Source: Phoronis australis
Lineage: Eukaryota; Animalia; Phoronida
Assembly (NCBI GenBank): GCA_002633005.1
Contig: NMRA01000128.1
Span: 170,651-234,650 of the forward strand
Direction: 5' to 3'
DNA: 64,000 nt
The position numbers and the translations under genes were made by a program. Positions within the stretch are counted from its first letter, which is position 1. Every line of letters starts with the position of its first letter. The notes below the pieces were generated by a model. The model was not told the origin of the DNA, did no database searches, and worked only from the letters and a program-made list of their open reading frames with translations. Shown here piece by piece: positions 25,201 through 37,280 of the stretch.

Positions 25201-28200
25201 GATCTGACTGATATTAAAGTCATGAAGCGACTTGGGTGAGTGATCAACTGAGCACTCAGATCAAGTTGTTTTTGAGTACTGATGTTAATAGTAGTACCAA
25301 TGACCCTAATATTTGTAATGGTAATATCACATTATGTCACCACTACTAATTGCGAGTTGAGCATGTTGTTTTTACATTATTTTGTCAACTTTTTACAAAA
25401 TCAGTGTAAATAGTCTCTCCCTCTAGGACCACTTACACATTTCCAAGAACAGCATTCTTTTCTCACATACTCAGTTCTTTTCTCACATACTCAGTTCTTT
25501 TCTCGTTCACTCTAACCACAAACATATCTTTCAGCACGAGACATGACCCACATCTGTACTGCATTGTTTTGTATAGAAATTGTTTTTTGTTAGTTTAACT
25601 CTGGCAGTAAGATATTTAACTGCAACTGAAAATTATTTTTGTATCAGTTTGCTTTCTGTTCTTCATCCAGTGGTACAGTTGAAGACACAGAACTCATAGA
25701 CGGTCTAGTGTTCCCTCAGAAGACATCTGGTGCTGGAGGACCAAATAAAGTGTCTAATGCCAAAATTGGATTCATACAGTTTTGCTTGTCTCCACCCAAG
25801 ACAGATGTAAGTTCAATGCCGTGTCTAAAACGTTTTTAATAGAGATTCGTTGTCGTATATGTTCGGTAATGGCTTTGTTAGTTTTGCATTATCATGTTTT
25901 CCATGCTTAGTGGTGGAGGAAATCAGAGGCTAAGTAATTGGTAACCTTGCAGGGCCCTCGATTTTTGGGGCCAAACATCGGCTCCGTTCCCCTTTGAAAA
26001 ATATTGAAAAATCACACAAAATACCCCTCGTGATGCCCAAAAGTCCCTCTCGAGTGATTGAAAAATACCCCTTCAGGTTCGAATCACTTGTAGCTCACCA
26101 AGTGGCAATTCGAAAGAGCACAAAAAGTTAAATTTGGTTTCTTGATGCAGAGCCTATGAGGGCTTACAACAGAGGTGGGGGTGCTTTTCAGGGCTTGGAA
26201 TTTTCCGTGGAAACGCGGATTTCCACTTTTTTCAAATGTCCGTTCCGCGCAATTTATTATATTTCCGCGTAAATAAAATCGGATTTGATATAAAATTTCC
26301 GCGGCAAATTCCTTTCATACTGCGGCGTTGCCGACGACGTTCACCTCGAAAAGCGGAAGTTGCTCTTTATGTTTCGGAGGAACGTAAATTGTCAACATTG
26401 CCGGGGCATCTGGGATAGCGTGGTGGGATTTTCAATGGCGTCTCGTGTGATTGTAAACCGCGGTGACAAATGCTACGGCTCTGCAACCAAAAATGTGTGG
26501 GGGTGGGAGTGGAGGAGTNCATCGACAATTTCAAGGCTGGGTAGCGCGCATGTTTTGGAAATTTGGGCCGTAAAAGTTTCCGCGCTTTTTGTCATTGGTC
26601 ATTCCAAGCCCTGGCTATTGATGGCCATTGGGGGGGGGGGTAGAATTTTCTGCTCACCCCAAAAATACCCTCAGAAAGTACAAGCAACTTTCCACTTAGG
26701 TGATCGAGGGCCCTGCCTTGGCAACGGACTTAAAGAGTGATTGACGTTGTCATGTCTCCCATAAGAGTTGTATTAATATGTGTAAGATTTGAAACTCTCC
26801 AATCCTTATCTTTGTCAGTTTCTTGTTTGTCTCCAAATTGTTTTTTGTGGTTACTAAATAAGTGGAGATTGGCTTCTGGTGTGATAACAGAACTGAATTT
26901 TTCCCTGAAGTGTGAGTAAAAGTTACAGTGATCATGTATTTAGCTTGTCAATACTTGGTGATGAGTTGCCAAAGTTTGTAACATCAGCAGTCTCACACAT
27001 CACGAGCCATGTTTGAATTGAAACAAGAGCCCCCTTTTGTTTTTCAGATGGAAAATCAGGTGATCATTTCTGATTACGCTCAGATGGACCGAGTGATGAA
27101 AGAAGAACGAAAGTATATTCTCGACATAGTCAAACAGATCAAAAAGGCTGGCTGTAATGTACTACTTATACAAAAGTCCATTCTTAGGTATGTTTTGTCC
27201 ACCACACTATGGTTGTTCTTACATTTGAGTTGTAAACTTGATATCAAATGGTAAATTGCTTTTCACGGCCTGACATGGCAATATTATTTCACCAATGTAT
27301 ACATACATACATACACATATACATACATGGAGTCGGTTACATGATCTTGTATGCAGCTGTTGTGTTAAGATAAAATGAGCTTTCTTTTGGTAAAGAAATA
27401 ACAAAGTGTCGTGTAGGGGATTGGGTCAACTTTTGTGTTGTTTTGCAGGGATGCCATCAATGATTTGGCAATGCACTTTTTGGCCAAGATGAAGATCATG
27501 GTGGTCAAAGATATTGAACGAGAAGATGTTGAATTTGTTTGTAAGGTAAGTTGTCAAGCAAACCACATTTTAGTGAAACAGTCCCAAGTTTGTTGTACAT
27601 GATTGTGTTATGATTACTGTCAATGTTTGTTTAATTTAGGCCTCCAATCTTGGCATGTCACTTCCTGTTTGGTGGATTGATGTGAATAATGATGGAAGGT
27701 AGATTATGGGTGAGGGTCTTCGGTGCTAGGACTGTGCAGTGTTCTAGATCCTTCCTCTGACCTCACAACACGTTTAAAAAGACTTCCCTTGGTGCTTTGT
27801 AATGCAGTTACCTCAAGGCTTGGAATTTTCCACGGAAACGCGGATTTCCGCTTTTTTCAAATGTTCTATCTGCGCATTTTATTATATTTCCGCGTAAAAT
27901 AAAATCGGATTTGACATAAAATTTCCGCGGCAAATTCCTTTCTTACCGCGGCGTTGTTGACGACGTTCACCTCGAAAAGCAGAAGTTGCTCTTTGTGTTT
28001 TGGAGGAATGTAAATTGTCAACATTGCCGGGGCATCTGGGATAGCGTGGTGGGATTTTCAATGGCGTCTCGTGTGATTGTAAACCGCGGTGACAAATACT
28101 ACGGCTCTGCAGCCAAAAATGTGTGGGGGTAGGAGTGGACGGACGAGCTAAAAAGACGCAGACGCATGCTGCTGACGGTGTCGGAGAAAGGTTCACATCG

Positions 28201-31200
28201 ACTATTTCAAGGCTGGGTAGCGCGCATCTTTTGGGCCGTAGAAGTTTCCGCGTTTTTTGTCATTGGTCATTCCAAGCCCTGTTACTTTGTCACGCAGTTT
28301 GTGAATTTCATTGGAGTTGATACATAATTACACAGTTGCCCTTACTATAGAAATAGTGCGGTACCAGTTTGATCATGTTTGAGTTGGTTCATTTTTGATA
28401 CTACTATTGTTAGAGCAGTCTTCTTCGTTCCTGTTGTCACACTGTTTGTTACAAGTATTGTTTTATTGCAGAGTCTGTCGTGCAAGCCTATTGCCAGTCT
28501 AGATCACTTCCAGCCTGAAATGTTAGGTTCAGCAGAACTAGTAGAGGAAGTGCAAGCTGGCACTAGTAAAATTGTCAAGGTGAGTCTCATTCAAAGAGTG
28601 GACGCCTTCGGTATTTACATTGTTTCAAAACGCGAACATCAAGTTTAGAGTTGGAATGACTATCATGTAGCTCTTAAAGTGAAACTTATAGTCCATCACT
28701 CATACAGAAGGATGATATATCTCAACAGAACTGAGTTTTTGAAAATTGAAGTTACTGTAAACACGCCTTTTCTCAAAAATTAACGTTTGACTTAGGGAGC
28801 TTACTAATGTAAATCTGGTCTTAACTTGTTCGTTGTTCAGATTAGGTGGTTCGTGGGCTTTGACAGGGCAATTCATGGTTATGCATGGTCTCAACTTCCT
28901 GTTCCTCCGTAGCCCAGAACTCTTTCCTCATCAATGTATGTTAAGACCAGGTTGATAGCAGTGAGTGGTATAAGTCGAACGTTAGTTTTTTTTTGGTGGC
29001 TGAAGGTGGTTTTGTAGCGACTGTGGACCAGTCTGGCCTTGTCTGCATTGCACTGAGTGCTTATAGTGACCCACCCTGACCAGTCTGGCCTTGTCTGCAC
29101 TATGAGTCCTTACAATGATCCAGCCCCACAAACCAAATTGTTGATCCAAATTTCCATCAATAACCAGTAGCCAGTTCTTCCCTAGCCCACAAATCATTTC
29201 AAACCTGAGTTAAGAACAACCTGATATTCATTTCATAACTGTATGTAGTCTGATGAAATGTTATTATACTAGCTTCACGTGAAAAACTTTTCGAAAATAC
29301 CAGCATTTCAACCCAACAGATGCATTATCAGTGAAGGGGTCATTTTTTCCAGCAGTCATTTTTTTATTAATATCTGAATTGCTTTTAAAACAGAAATTGA
29401 TGGTGTGTTCACTGTCTGCAATGAATATGTTAACATAGTGATAAAACGGTCCTTTCCTGGTGCACGTTTTCTTCGAAGTAAGCGGTCTGGCTACAAAAGT
29501 GCTTAAGAAAGCCACACTACAGGCATTTTTGCCTTGGGCAAAGACAACGTTAAGCCGTTTTATTTAACAGGGCTCTGGTTTATCTGCAGAAGTCAAGGGT
29601 TTAGAGCAGTTTTTCAATAGAAGACGCAGTGGTGTTCTCATTCTTGCTGTCTCCTCATGCTTCTCATGTTGTATTATTACAGATCACTGGTGTGGCCAAC
29701 CCTGGTCGAGCTGTCTCCATTCTGGTGAGAGGCTCCAACAAGCTGGTGTTGGAGGAGGCTGACCGCTCCATACACGACGCCCTCTGTGTCATCCGGTGTC
29801 TTGTCAAGAAAAGGTGAGCTGTCTGTTATATTGAAATCTGAAGGTGGATACTCTGAATTCACCGTGAGTGTTTTATCGCCCATTCATGTTTTGGCTGTGT
29901 TAGGTAATTTGTTAATGGTCAAATGTGCAACTGTTTGTTCCTGGATATTACACTCTTTTTTTAACAGGATAATGTCAGTGTTGTTCCTCGCGTAGACCAG
30001 ATCACTGTAAGCACTCACTTATATTAGTGCTAGTATTATTCACCAAACCAGTAAATTGGAGTGGCATAAACAAGGATAATGAATTAACTTGTTTTCAGAT
30101 AGCAATTATTTCAGTTTTATTGTTGTAATAAAAGTGATCATTTCTCAAAATAAATAAATCCAAATGTTTTTTCTAAGACTAATTTGGGAGGTCTTATAGA
30201 AGGTTAGGGGCATTACTCACGTGCTACTAAGATATTAGTGAACATTTCTTAAATCTACTTTCTGACTGTCTAGTGCAAAATTCTAAAACTACTGACAAAA
30301 TCTTACTGGGCAACTTACTGGATCATATCAGGGTTAAGAGATATATGTTTACCTTGTTTATGTACCTGATAACTGACTGGATATGTCATGCTCTTGTTGA
30401 CGGAGATTGCAGTTGTATTCTGAATGTAAATTGGTGAGTATTTTGTGTTCCCTGTCGATGTCACAGAAGTGAAATAATACCATTATTAATCCAGCACCAA
30501 TTTTTTCTCTGAAGTTTCAATGCAGAAACGAATCGGCTGATTTTCTGCTGATTTGTTTTTTCCAATTTCTTTCACAATGTTTGCCACATTCTAACCACGT
30601 TTTTTTAATTTTCTACAGGGAAACTGAACCTCTATAAGATCAAGAATAGACAGTTGAATGGTAGACTTGGACAATATAATATTTGATTGCCAAAATAATT
30701 ACCTTTGAATTCTTAGATGGCTGTTAATCTCAAAAAATAAGTAATATATTGGAAAGTAGGTGGCAGTCAAGACTTCTCTGTCGCACTTGATGACATCTAC
30801 AGTACTTTCTTGAACATTCGTTTTATCAACTTAGTTCCTCTCAACCTTACTTCAATGTACATCGCATCTGTTTCTTCCAGGGCACTCATAGCCGGTGGTG
30901 GTGCTCCAGAGATAGAGTTGTCTTTGGGCTTGGCAAAGTACGCGCAAACTCTAGCAGGCATGGAGCAGTACTGCTTCCGGGCATTTGCCGAGGCCCTCGA
31001 GGTGATACCGTTCACGCTGGCTGAGAACGCCGGACTCAACCCCATTGCTACAGTTACTGATCTCAGGAACAGGCATGCCCAGGGTGAAAAGAATGCGGGG
31101 ATCAATGTCAGGAAGGTATGATTAAAAGTCATTGTTAAGGGTAAATTTTTATTACATTTGGTACTCAATAGTTGGTAATATGTTCGCTATGGAATTCCTA

Positions 31201-32655
31201 TTTGTTGGCTATTTTTTGTGCACTAAGTTTTGGTTCATGTTGGCCTCCAATCTTGGCATGTCACTTCCCGTGTGGTGGATTGATGTGAATAATGATGGAA
31301 GGCAGACTATGGGTGAGGGTCTTCGGTGCTAGGACTGTGCAGTGTTCTAGATCCTTCCTCTGACCTCACAACACGTTTGACTGTATGGTTAATGAGGTGT
31401 TCGTTAAATGTGAATATGAACAACGCTCAAGTTAATGTCATTTGCCAGGTTTTGGTCTGAAAGAAAACATTGTTGCTTTCAGTGTCTTTGCTCCGATCAG
31501 ACGTACGACCTTTCATAAAACGGGCTGCAGGATCCTCAAATTCAAACCCTGTGTTGTCACGATTACTTTTAACACTTCCCTTTTTTCTTAATTCTCCACA
31601 ATTTCAGATTTTAAATTGCAGTGGAGTGTTAGTGTTTGAGCTGTTTCAATTGTGCATGTATTGAAAAAAAATAATAAAACACCTTTAAAGAGTCATCTTC
31701 GAATTTTTTTTTATTGTTAGATGTGCTTGTGATACTTTGTAGGGCGCTATCACCAATATTCTAGAAGAGAACGTTGTGCAACCCCTCCTGGTGTCAACTA
31801 GCGCCGTAAGTCTGGCAGCTGAGACAGTCCGTAGTATCATGAAAATTGACGACATTGTAAGTTTTAGACTGCTTACTGACTTTAAAGGTGTAGTTGATTA
31901 TCTATCCTATAAAAGGAAGTCCTATGATTTTGAGGATGTACAATTAATCTTAAATATTTGATCTTTTCATTCTTCCATGAATCTTGTTTCAACTACCAAA
32001 AAATTATTGCTTTTTAGTGATTCCCTGTCATTTTGACTTATATCATGTATTTGAGAAACTTACGTATCCTTCTTGTCATTCAAAAGTTCAGGCTTGTGGC
32101 CGTCTTTAAGCCATGTGTGGTGTGAATGCTGGGAAACTGTTTTATTGGTGCCGTCAAGTCACATTACAATGAGCTCTGCTTAAAATGTTCTCTCGCTTGC
32201 AACCTTCCCTTCTGGAAGTCACATTTTTCTCGTACAGAATACCTTTTCTACACGTCATTTTTTTACTAAGGGACGCACTGTGCTTATGTTTGCAATGTAT
32301 CAATTTCGTTGTCCCATTTTGTGACTGTATCAACTTTACAGCAAACCAATGCATGCGAGTCTAAAAATTGATTACACGCAGACTCCTCGGTTTCATATTA
32401 GTTCGCAGCACATGATTTCTTACACGCGGTTGGACAGTTTCACATTAGAGAAATGGAGAGTGAACGGATCGATGATTTCTATTTTCTTGATTTGGTTACA
32501 ACAAACATGTTCCATTAGTCCCAGGGGTTTCTTTGTAGCAAGGTTCAACTGTAGTTTTGTGGTTAATAGTATCAGTCCTACAGGAAACCGAGGGGAAATT
32601 GTGTCATCTTTTTAATTTTACCTTTTCTGTGTTTCAGGTGAATACCATGCGTTAG
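19219..32655 (+). CDS. CCT4: T-complex protein 1 subunit delta (CCT/TRiC chaperonin), complete, 14 exons, 535 aa
   Basis: Exons 19219-19330, 20409-20461, 22088-22177, 22631-22739, 24657-24799, 25114-25235, 25671-25806, 27048-27187, 27449-27545, 28472-28579, 29683-29813, 30881-31115, 31743-31856, 32638-32655 sum to 1608 nt in frame. Motifs: [64 protein letters not shown]. The N-terminal [18 protein letters not shown] is delta-subunit-like. Confidence 0.97.
23343..23473 (+). ncRNA. Intronic box H/ACA snoRNA, copy 1 (CCT4 intron 4)
   Basis: 131 nt with a hairpin, H box AGATTA (23404-23409), a second hairpin and ACA (23468-23470) three nt from the end. Nearly identical to 27640-27770 and 31243-31373 with unrelated flanks. 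Sense to a housekeeping host gene. Confidence 0.85.
25950..26715. mobile_element. MITE with a 5-bp TSD (hAT5-like) containing a nested element
   Basis: TIR CAGGGCCCTCGAT / ATCGAGGGCCCTG, with CCTTG directly on both sides. Confidence 0.8.
26189..26613. mobile_element. Nested MITE, TIR CAGGGCTTGGAAT / ATTCCAAGCCCTG
   Basis: Highly similar to 27814-28281. Flanks GCTTTT/GCTATT. About 60 bp are missing at the N near 26519. Confidence 0.85.
27640..27770 (+). ncRNA. Intronic box H/ACA snoRNA, copy 2 (CCT4 intron 9)
   Basis: Same 131-nt hairpin-H(AGATTA)-hairpin-ACA structure. Differs from copy 1 only in the apical loops. Confidence 0.85.
27814..28281. mobile_element. Second copy of the CAGGGCTTGGAAT MITE (CCT4 intron 9)
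   Basis: Termini CAAGGCTTGGAAT / ATTCCAAGCCCTG. Flanks TTACCT/TTACTT. Aligns to 26189-26613. Confidence 0.85.
31243..31373 (+). ncRNA. Intronic box H/ACA snoRNA, copy 3 (CCT4 intron 12)
   Basis: Same structure with H box AGACTA (still ANANNA). A basal-stem G-U pair becomes G-C. Confidence 0.85.
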
Positions 32656-32951
32656 TTACTCGTTCAAAAGAGCAGCAACACCACCAGCGGCAGCGAGATG
32701 GCTTATGTAAGCGAGGAACACCTCATAAAGACTCCGTTCTGTGGATGTGTAGGAATTGCTCAATGTGAAGGACGAGGGATCTGTTTCTATTTAAGTTCAA
32801 ACCATCATTTCAATGGAACTGGAGTTGCTAGACACTGGACGTCTTGTTTCTGCTAGCTAGCTTATGTGTTAGTTTGTGTCAGTGCTGCCTCTGTACCAAC
32901 AGCATTTCCATGCTTGCATATTCTGTTTGGTATCGTGTGATTTTTTTTTAC

Positions 32952-32957
32952 AATAAA
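32952..32957 (+). terminator. Candidate CCT4 polyadenylation signal
   Basis: AATAAA about 300 nt after the stop codon, followed by a T-rich tract. Confidence 0.55.
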
Positions 32958-35399
32958 TGTATTTAAATGGTATTGACCGTACTTCCTTTCTTGTCTTTTC
33001 CCAATTGGGAATCATTTATCCTCATTCTCTTTCAAAACTGGAATTGTGAACAGGTTTGTTAAACTTGAATAAAATTCAAATATTGACATCAGTGGTGCAT
33101 GGTTTTAGTAACCAGCTTGTTGACTGGTCCTGACTGAACTGGTGGGGCGCAAGTTTAGCTGCCGTCATATCCTGGACTGTTGGTAGGGTGCAAAAGAGGG
33201 TTGAACTTGGTGAATGCTGTAATCAGTTGGGAGAAACACCAGGTAAAATTCTAATTTTGTTGCACGAAGGTGTGGGTTAGCACATACAGCCACTGTTTTT
33301 GCAGTATTCAAATCTGGGTTCCTATGTTTGTAATTGGGTGTAGTTGCTTTTTTGTAAATTATTTGATGAAACCCAAGGAGACAGTTTCTAAAAATATGCA
33401 TGTGAGAGATGACTTGCATCTTACAAATTGATAAGTTTCAGTAATTAATCTTCGCATAGTTGAAGTAATATTCTCGTCAAATTGGCGTCTCGGTGCAAGT
33501 CTTCCGTGGTAAATATAAATACTGCGGTTTTCACACGGGAACACAAGTAATGTGTGCAGCTATTGCATACACACCAGGCGTGCGTTCAGTAACGCTAGGA
33601 CCTGAACGGGAGGCAGATGGCGACAACTGCAACTTGCGTAAGGGCTGCTATTGCGACACCATGGTAAAAATAATTATTTTCACATGGGAACGCCACTAAT
33701 ATGTGTTGCTATTGCCTACACACCAGATGGCGACAACTGCAACTTGCTTAAGGGCTACTGGTGCGCCGCCCAACAACATTAATGAAAAAGTTTAATTTTT
33801 TAAGACAGTAAGCACTCACATGCACTTATACAAGAGACGCCCGCCTGTGCCTGCAAATTAAGTTTACGTGTATGCGACATATAAAACATGAGTAAGAAAT
33901 TGCAAAAATCATTTTGGATCCGTATGGGCCCGAAAGCGCTCGGGGAATACGACGCAGGAAGGTTAGCTTTAGTAAGCGCACTCTCACCCTTCTAGGTCAA
34001 AGCTCACTTTATCAGGGTTAATAAAGGGGTGTACTTTGAATGGGTGCGCTCGATTCCGGGGCTCCTGGTACGCTGCCTAAGAGGCTGTTTTAAATTCCAT
34101 GTTGAAAATTGGTGCAACCACGGGGATTTTTCAATTAAAACTATCAAAAAGCGTCGAAATGAATTAGTCAGCTTTCGTAGATTCACTGAAACATGTAAAT
34201 TCAAAATTTTTGCAGGTTACCAGAAGAAAATAACCCTTCACATGGCAACACACTGTAAAAGGTAAACGTGGAACACTGCGCACATTTTGAGGTAACTGAC
34301 GTTTGTTAATAGGCGAGATTTTTTTTCAACTCCGTAATTCACAGTATGAAAATTTTAAGCAATTCCCACAAGAGGTGCGCGCATGTGCTTTTACTTGATA
34401 GGTAACCACGGGAGACGGGGAGTTCCACAAGGGATTTGTGGGCCTTCTCCAAAGAAATGCCCAGTCTTAATTCGCGTTAACGTGAATTCTGGTTCAGTCC
34501 AGTATGAGTAGTCTGTCATTTTCAGAATGTATTCGAGTGAACGTGAATTCTGGTTCATTTCGGTGGTAGCCTGTCGAGGTTTATGAAATAAACTTGCATT
34601 TCAACAAATGAATCGTAGAAGTCTTTTTTGCGATTGCCCGTACACTGTACTTTAAACAACTTGATCTGTTAGCCTACTGTGCACAATCATCAACATCACG
34701 CCTCTGACAGTATGGTCGACATGGAGAGTTCCGTATGAAGAACTCCCTCTTCACCAATAATGCTTTTCTAATAATGATCTTCAAAAGAAAAAGAAATATT
34801 GTTTTTGTACTTGTAATTTTTGAGAAAAATATACATTTTGTTATAGTTTCAGAACCCGGCACCGAGAATATAATTCAGTGGTCTTCGAGTTTTTCTATTC
34901 TTTCAATCTGATCAATGCAATTATTTTTGTATTTGATGCAGTCTCACGATTTTACGATTGTTTAGGTCGCAAGCATTGATGCTGCTAGGCTGTATATGAA
35001 CACTATGCTGCCGATTTTATTGTTTCTTCATCCTTTTAAGAACTAGAAGAAAAACTATCAACATAGGAAAGAATGCTGCCAAATACTCTCATGAAAGGCT
35101 CATTTAAAAAAACTGGAAAAGAGTGACAGTTGATTTTATCATTGGATCACTCCTCCCCTCATTTCTCGACATAACGGGATGGTTTCATCACTGTAGCTGT
35201 GAGCTTGGTATTAAATGACATACATTTCAAAATAAAAAACGGAAAGAGAGAGCTGAGTCTCTGGAGAAATGCAGTGAATAAACTTTTCTTTTTGAATTTA
35301 AAAATATGAATTAATTTGCTCTAGGAAATATGGGCAAAACACGTTTTGTCGAAATTTTTCGAAGTTTCTGGTCCTCTTGCAATGCGTGTACACTTGTCT

Positions 35400-35533
35400 T
35401 TTCTTGTTTGTATCATGTATCTAAAGTGACTTATAAGCCCCGTGGAGGGCTGGGTGTTCCTAGTCTTTGTAACGTATTCATTGAACACATGTCACTATAA
35501 TAAAAAAATTACTTACTTACTTACTTACTTACT
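35400..35533 (+). mobile_element. 3' tail of a non-LTR retrotransposon (CR1/L2-like)
   Basis: Short AGCCC..GGGCT hairpin, then AATAAAAAAA, then a (TTAC)n microsatellite tail. Confidence 0.5.
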
Positions 35534-37084
35534 AAACATGTGACTAGCATGTTTTCAAGTGAAGGTACAGGTGAACGTACAGGACTATATGGCAAAATTT
35601 AAAAAAATGAAGGCCTTTAAAATTGTCCTGGCCAGGACCCCCCAGGACCCGGGCCCCTGCGTCCCCGCCGGGCCCGCCCTGCACCTCAGTAGCACTCAGA
35701 CCACAAAGGTTTCGTCCTATCACCTGCAAATTATTGGGGAACAGGCGCTGAGTCCCGATTTCATCCGCTTCCTACATCCCAGTTTAGGAGTTGCAGGTAC
35801 TGCCCCTATGTTCATGAATGAGGGAAGGGCGCTCGCTCCCAGTCCCCCCTCGATCTGCCTTAATTCACGTACGTCGCCGGGCTATAGTCACGTGGAGGCT
35901 AAATCACTATGACGGAAGACGTACGTGTTCATATAGTAGCTTTAAATATTTTAACTCCGCGATTTCCGATGCGGGGGTCAGGTGGGTAACTATATATGAC
36001 TCGGTGTACTATGACAAAAGTTGGTTCAATGTCTACCTAAACAGTTTTGTCGTGCTCCTCTATATCATTTGCACCGGCTTCGAGCAACCCATCCGTGAAC
36101 AGACCGTAGTTTGGCTAGTTGTCAGGGCGGGTCATTTTTTACAACGAGCATGGCCTCAAGCAATGGCGGGTATTGATTTAAATCTTAGCTGAATAGCGGG
36201 CCAACGATACTTGAATACAGGCCCGTAGGAAGGTAAAAATTATTGGGGGGGCACCGACCCTGGTCGATACGTAACTTCTAATTTCGAAACCACTGCGTTG
36301 CACTGGGGTGTATATATCAACGCTGTATTTTATTCAACTGTGCGTCACGTTTGGGAGATTTTTTATCAGTTTGGTAATTTCGTACGTGGTGTCTAAAGCA
36401 TCTGCCATCAGCTTGCATCGTTTGATACTATCTGACCAGGCAAGATTCAACGCNTAGCCTTGACCCCTTAGGCTGACTCAGCCGGCTCCGGCCAAGCTGG
36501 AGTTCTCAACGTTGGTGAAATCCTAAGGCAGCATGGAATTACCATCCTAGGATACCATTTGACGGTGTCTACTCACAAATTAAACGTCGAAACTGTTTTT
36601 GCTGGTAAACTTCCATACTCTGTTCCCTCGGCACTCATGTTCCACAGAGTTGGCGTCTGTTGGAAGGGTTGAGGGGTGCAAAGACTGGACTGAGGAAATG
36701 GGGGTTTTCACTGAATCTTCTTTTGAATAATAATAGTTGCCAACTTGTTATAGGCCTCTTGAAAACAGGTTTTGTGGTTAAAAAGGGCGACGACTCACAT
36801 CTTCTTGAAACTCGTTTAGACAGTCGAGTAACATATTTTATTGAACTCCCCGGGAGGTACACTAAAGGGAAAACCAAAGTCATCCATAGATAATTGATAA
36901 ACAAATAACAATTGATCGGGCAATTCTTGGGAAATGTTTCTTTTAAATTTCTTTTTGTAATTACATTCTGGGTTATATTGACTAGAATATTTAGCTCACC
37001 TACAGCGAGACGTTTGGTTTGATATATTACAAGACCAGGTTCTGCGACCTGCATCACCTCTGGGGCTCACGAAGTAAATTCTAA

Positions 37085-37280
37085 ATGAGACGTGTGACGT
37101 CATAATATTGAAAAGAGTAGGAAGACGGAAAGACCGGAGAAATGGCGATTTGGTGATCTGCCTTCGGACCCTCTTTGCGTCAATGAACTTTGTTGGGAAT
37201 TTTGAACCGTGTTTCGTTTTGAAATTTAGTTGTTTGTGAGCTGTTGAGTTTCTGGGATACTTAAAAGAAGATCTTTGATT
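37085..37280 (+). promoter_or_regulatory. Putative MTA promoter / 5' leader
   Basis: CRE TGACGTCA at 37095-37102 and YY1-like AATGGCG at 37141, directly upstream of the MAANMYRVG start codon. Confidence 0.5.
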
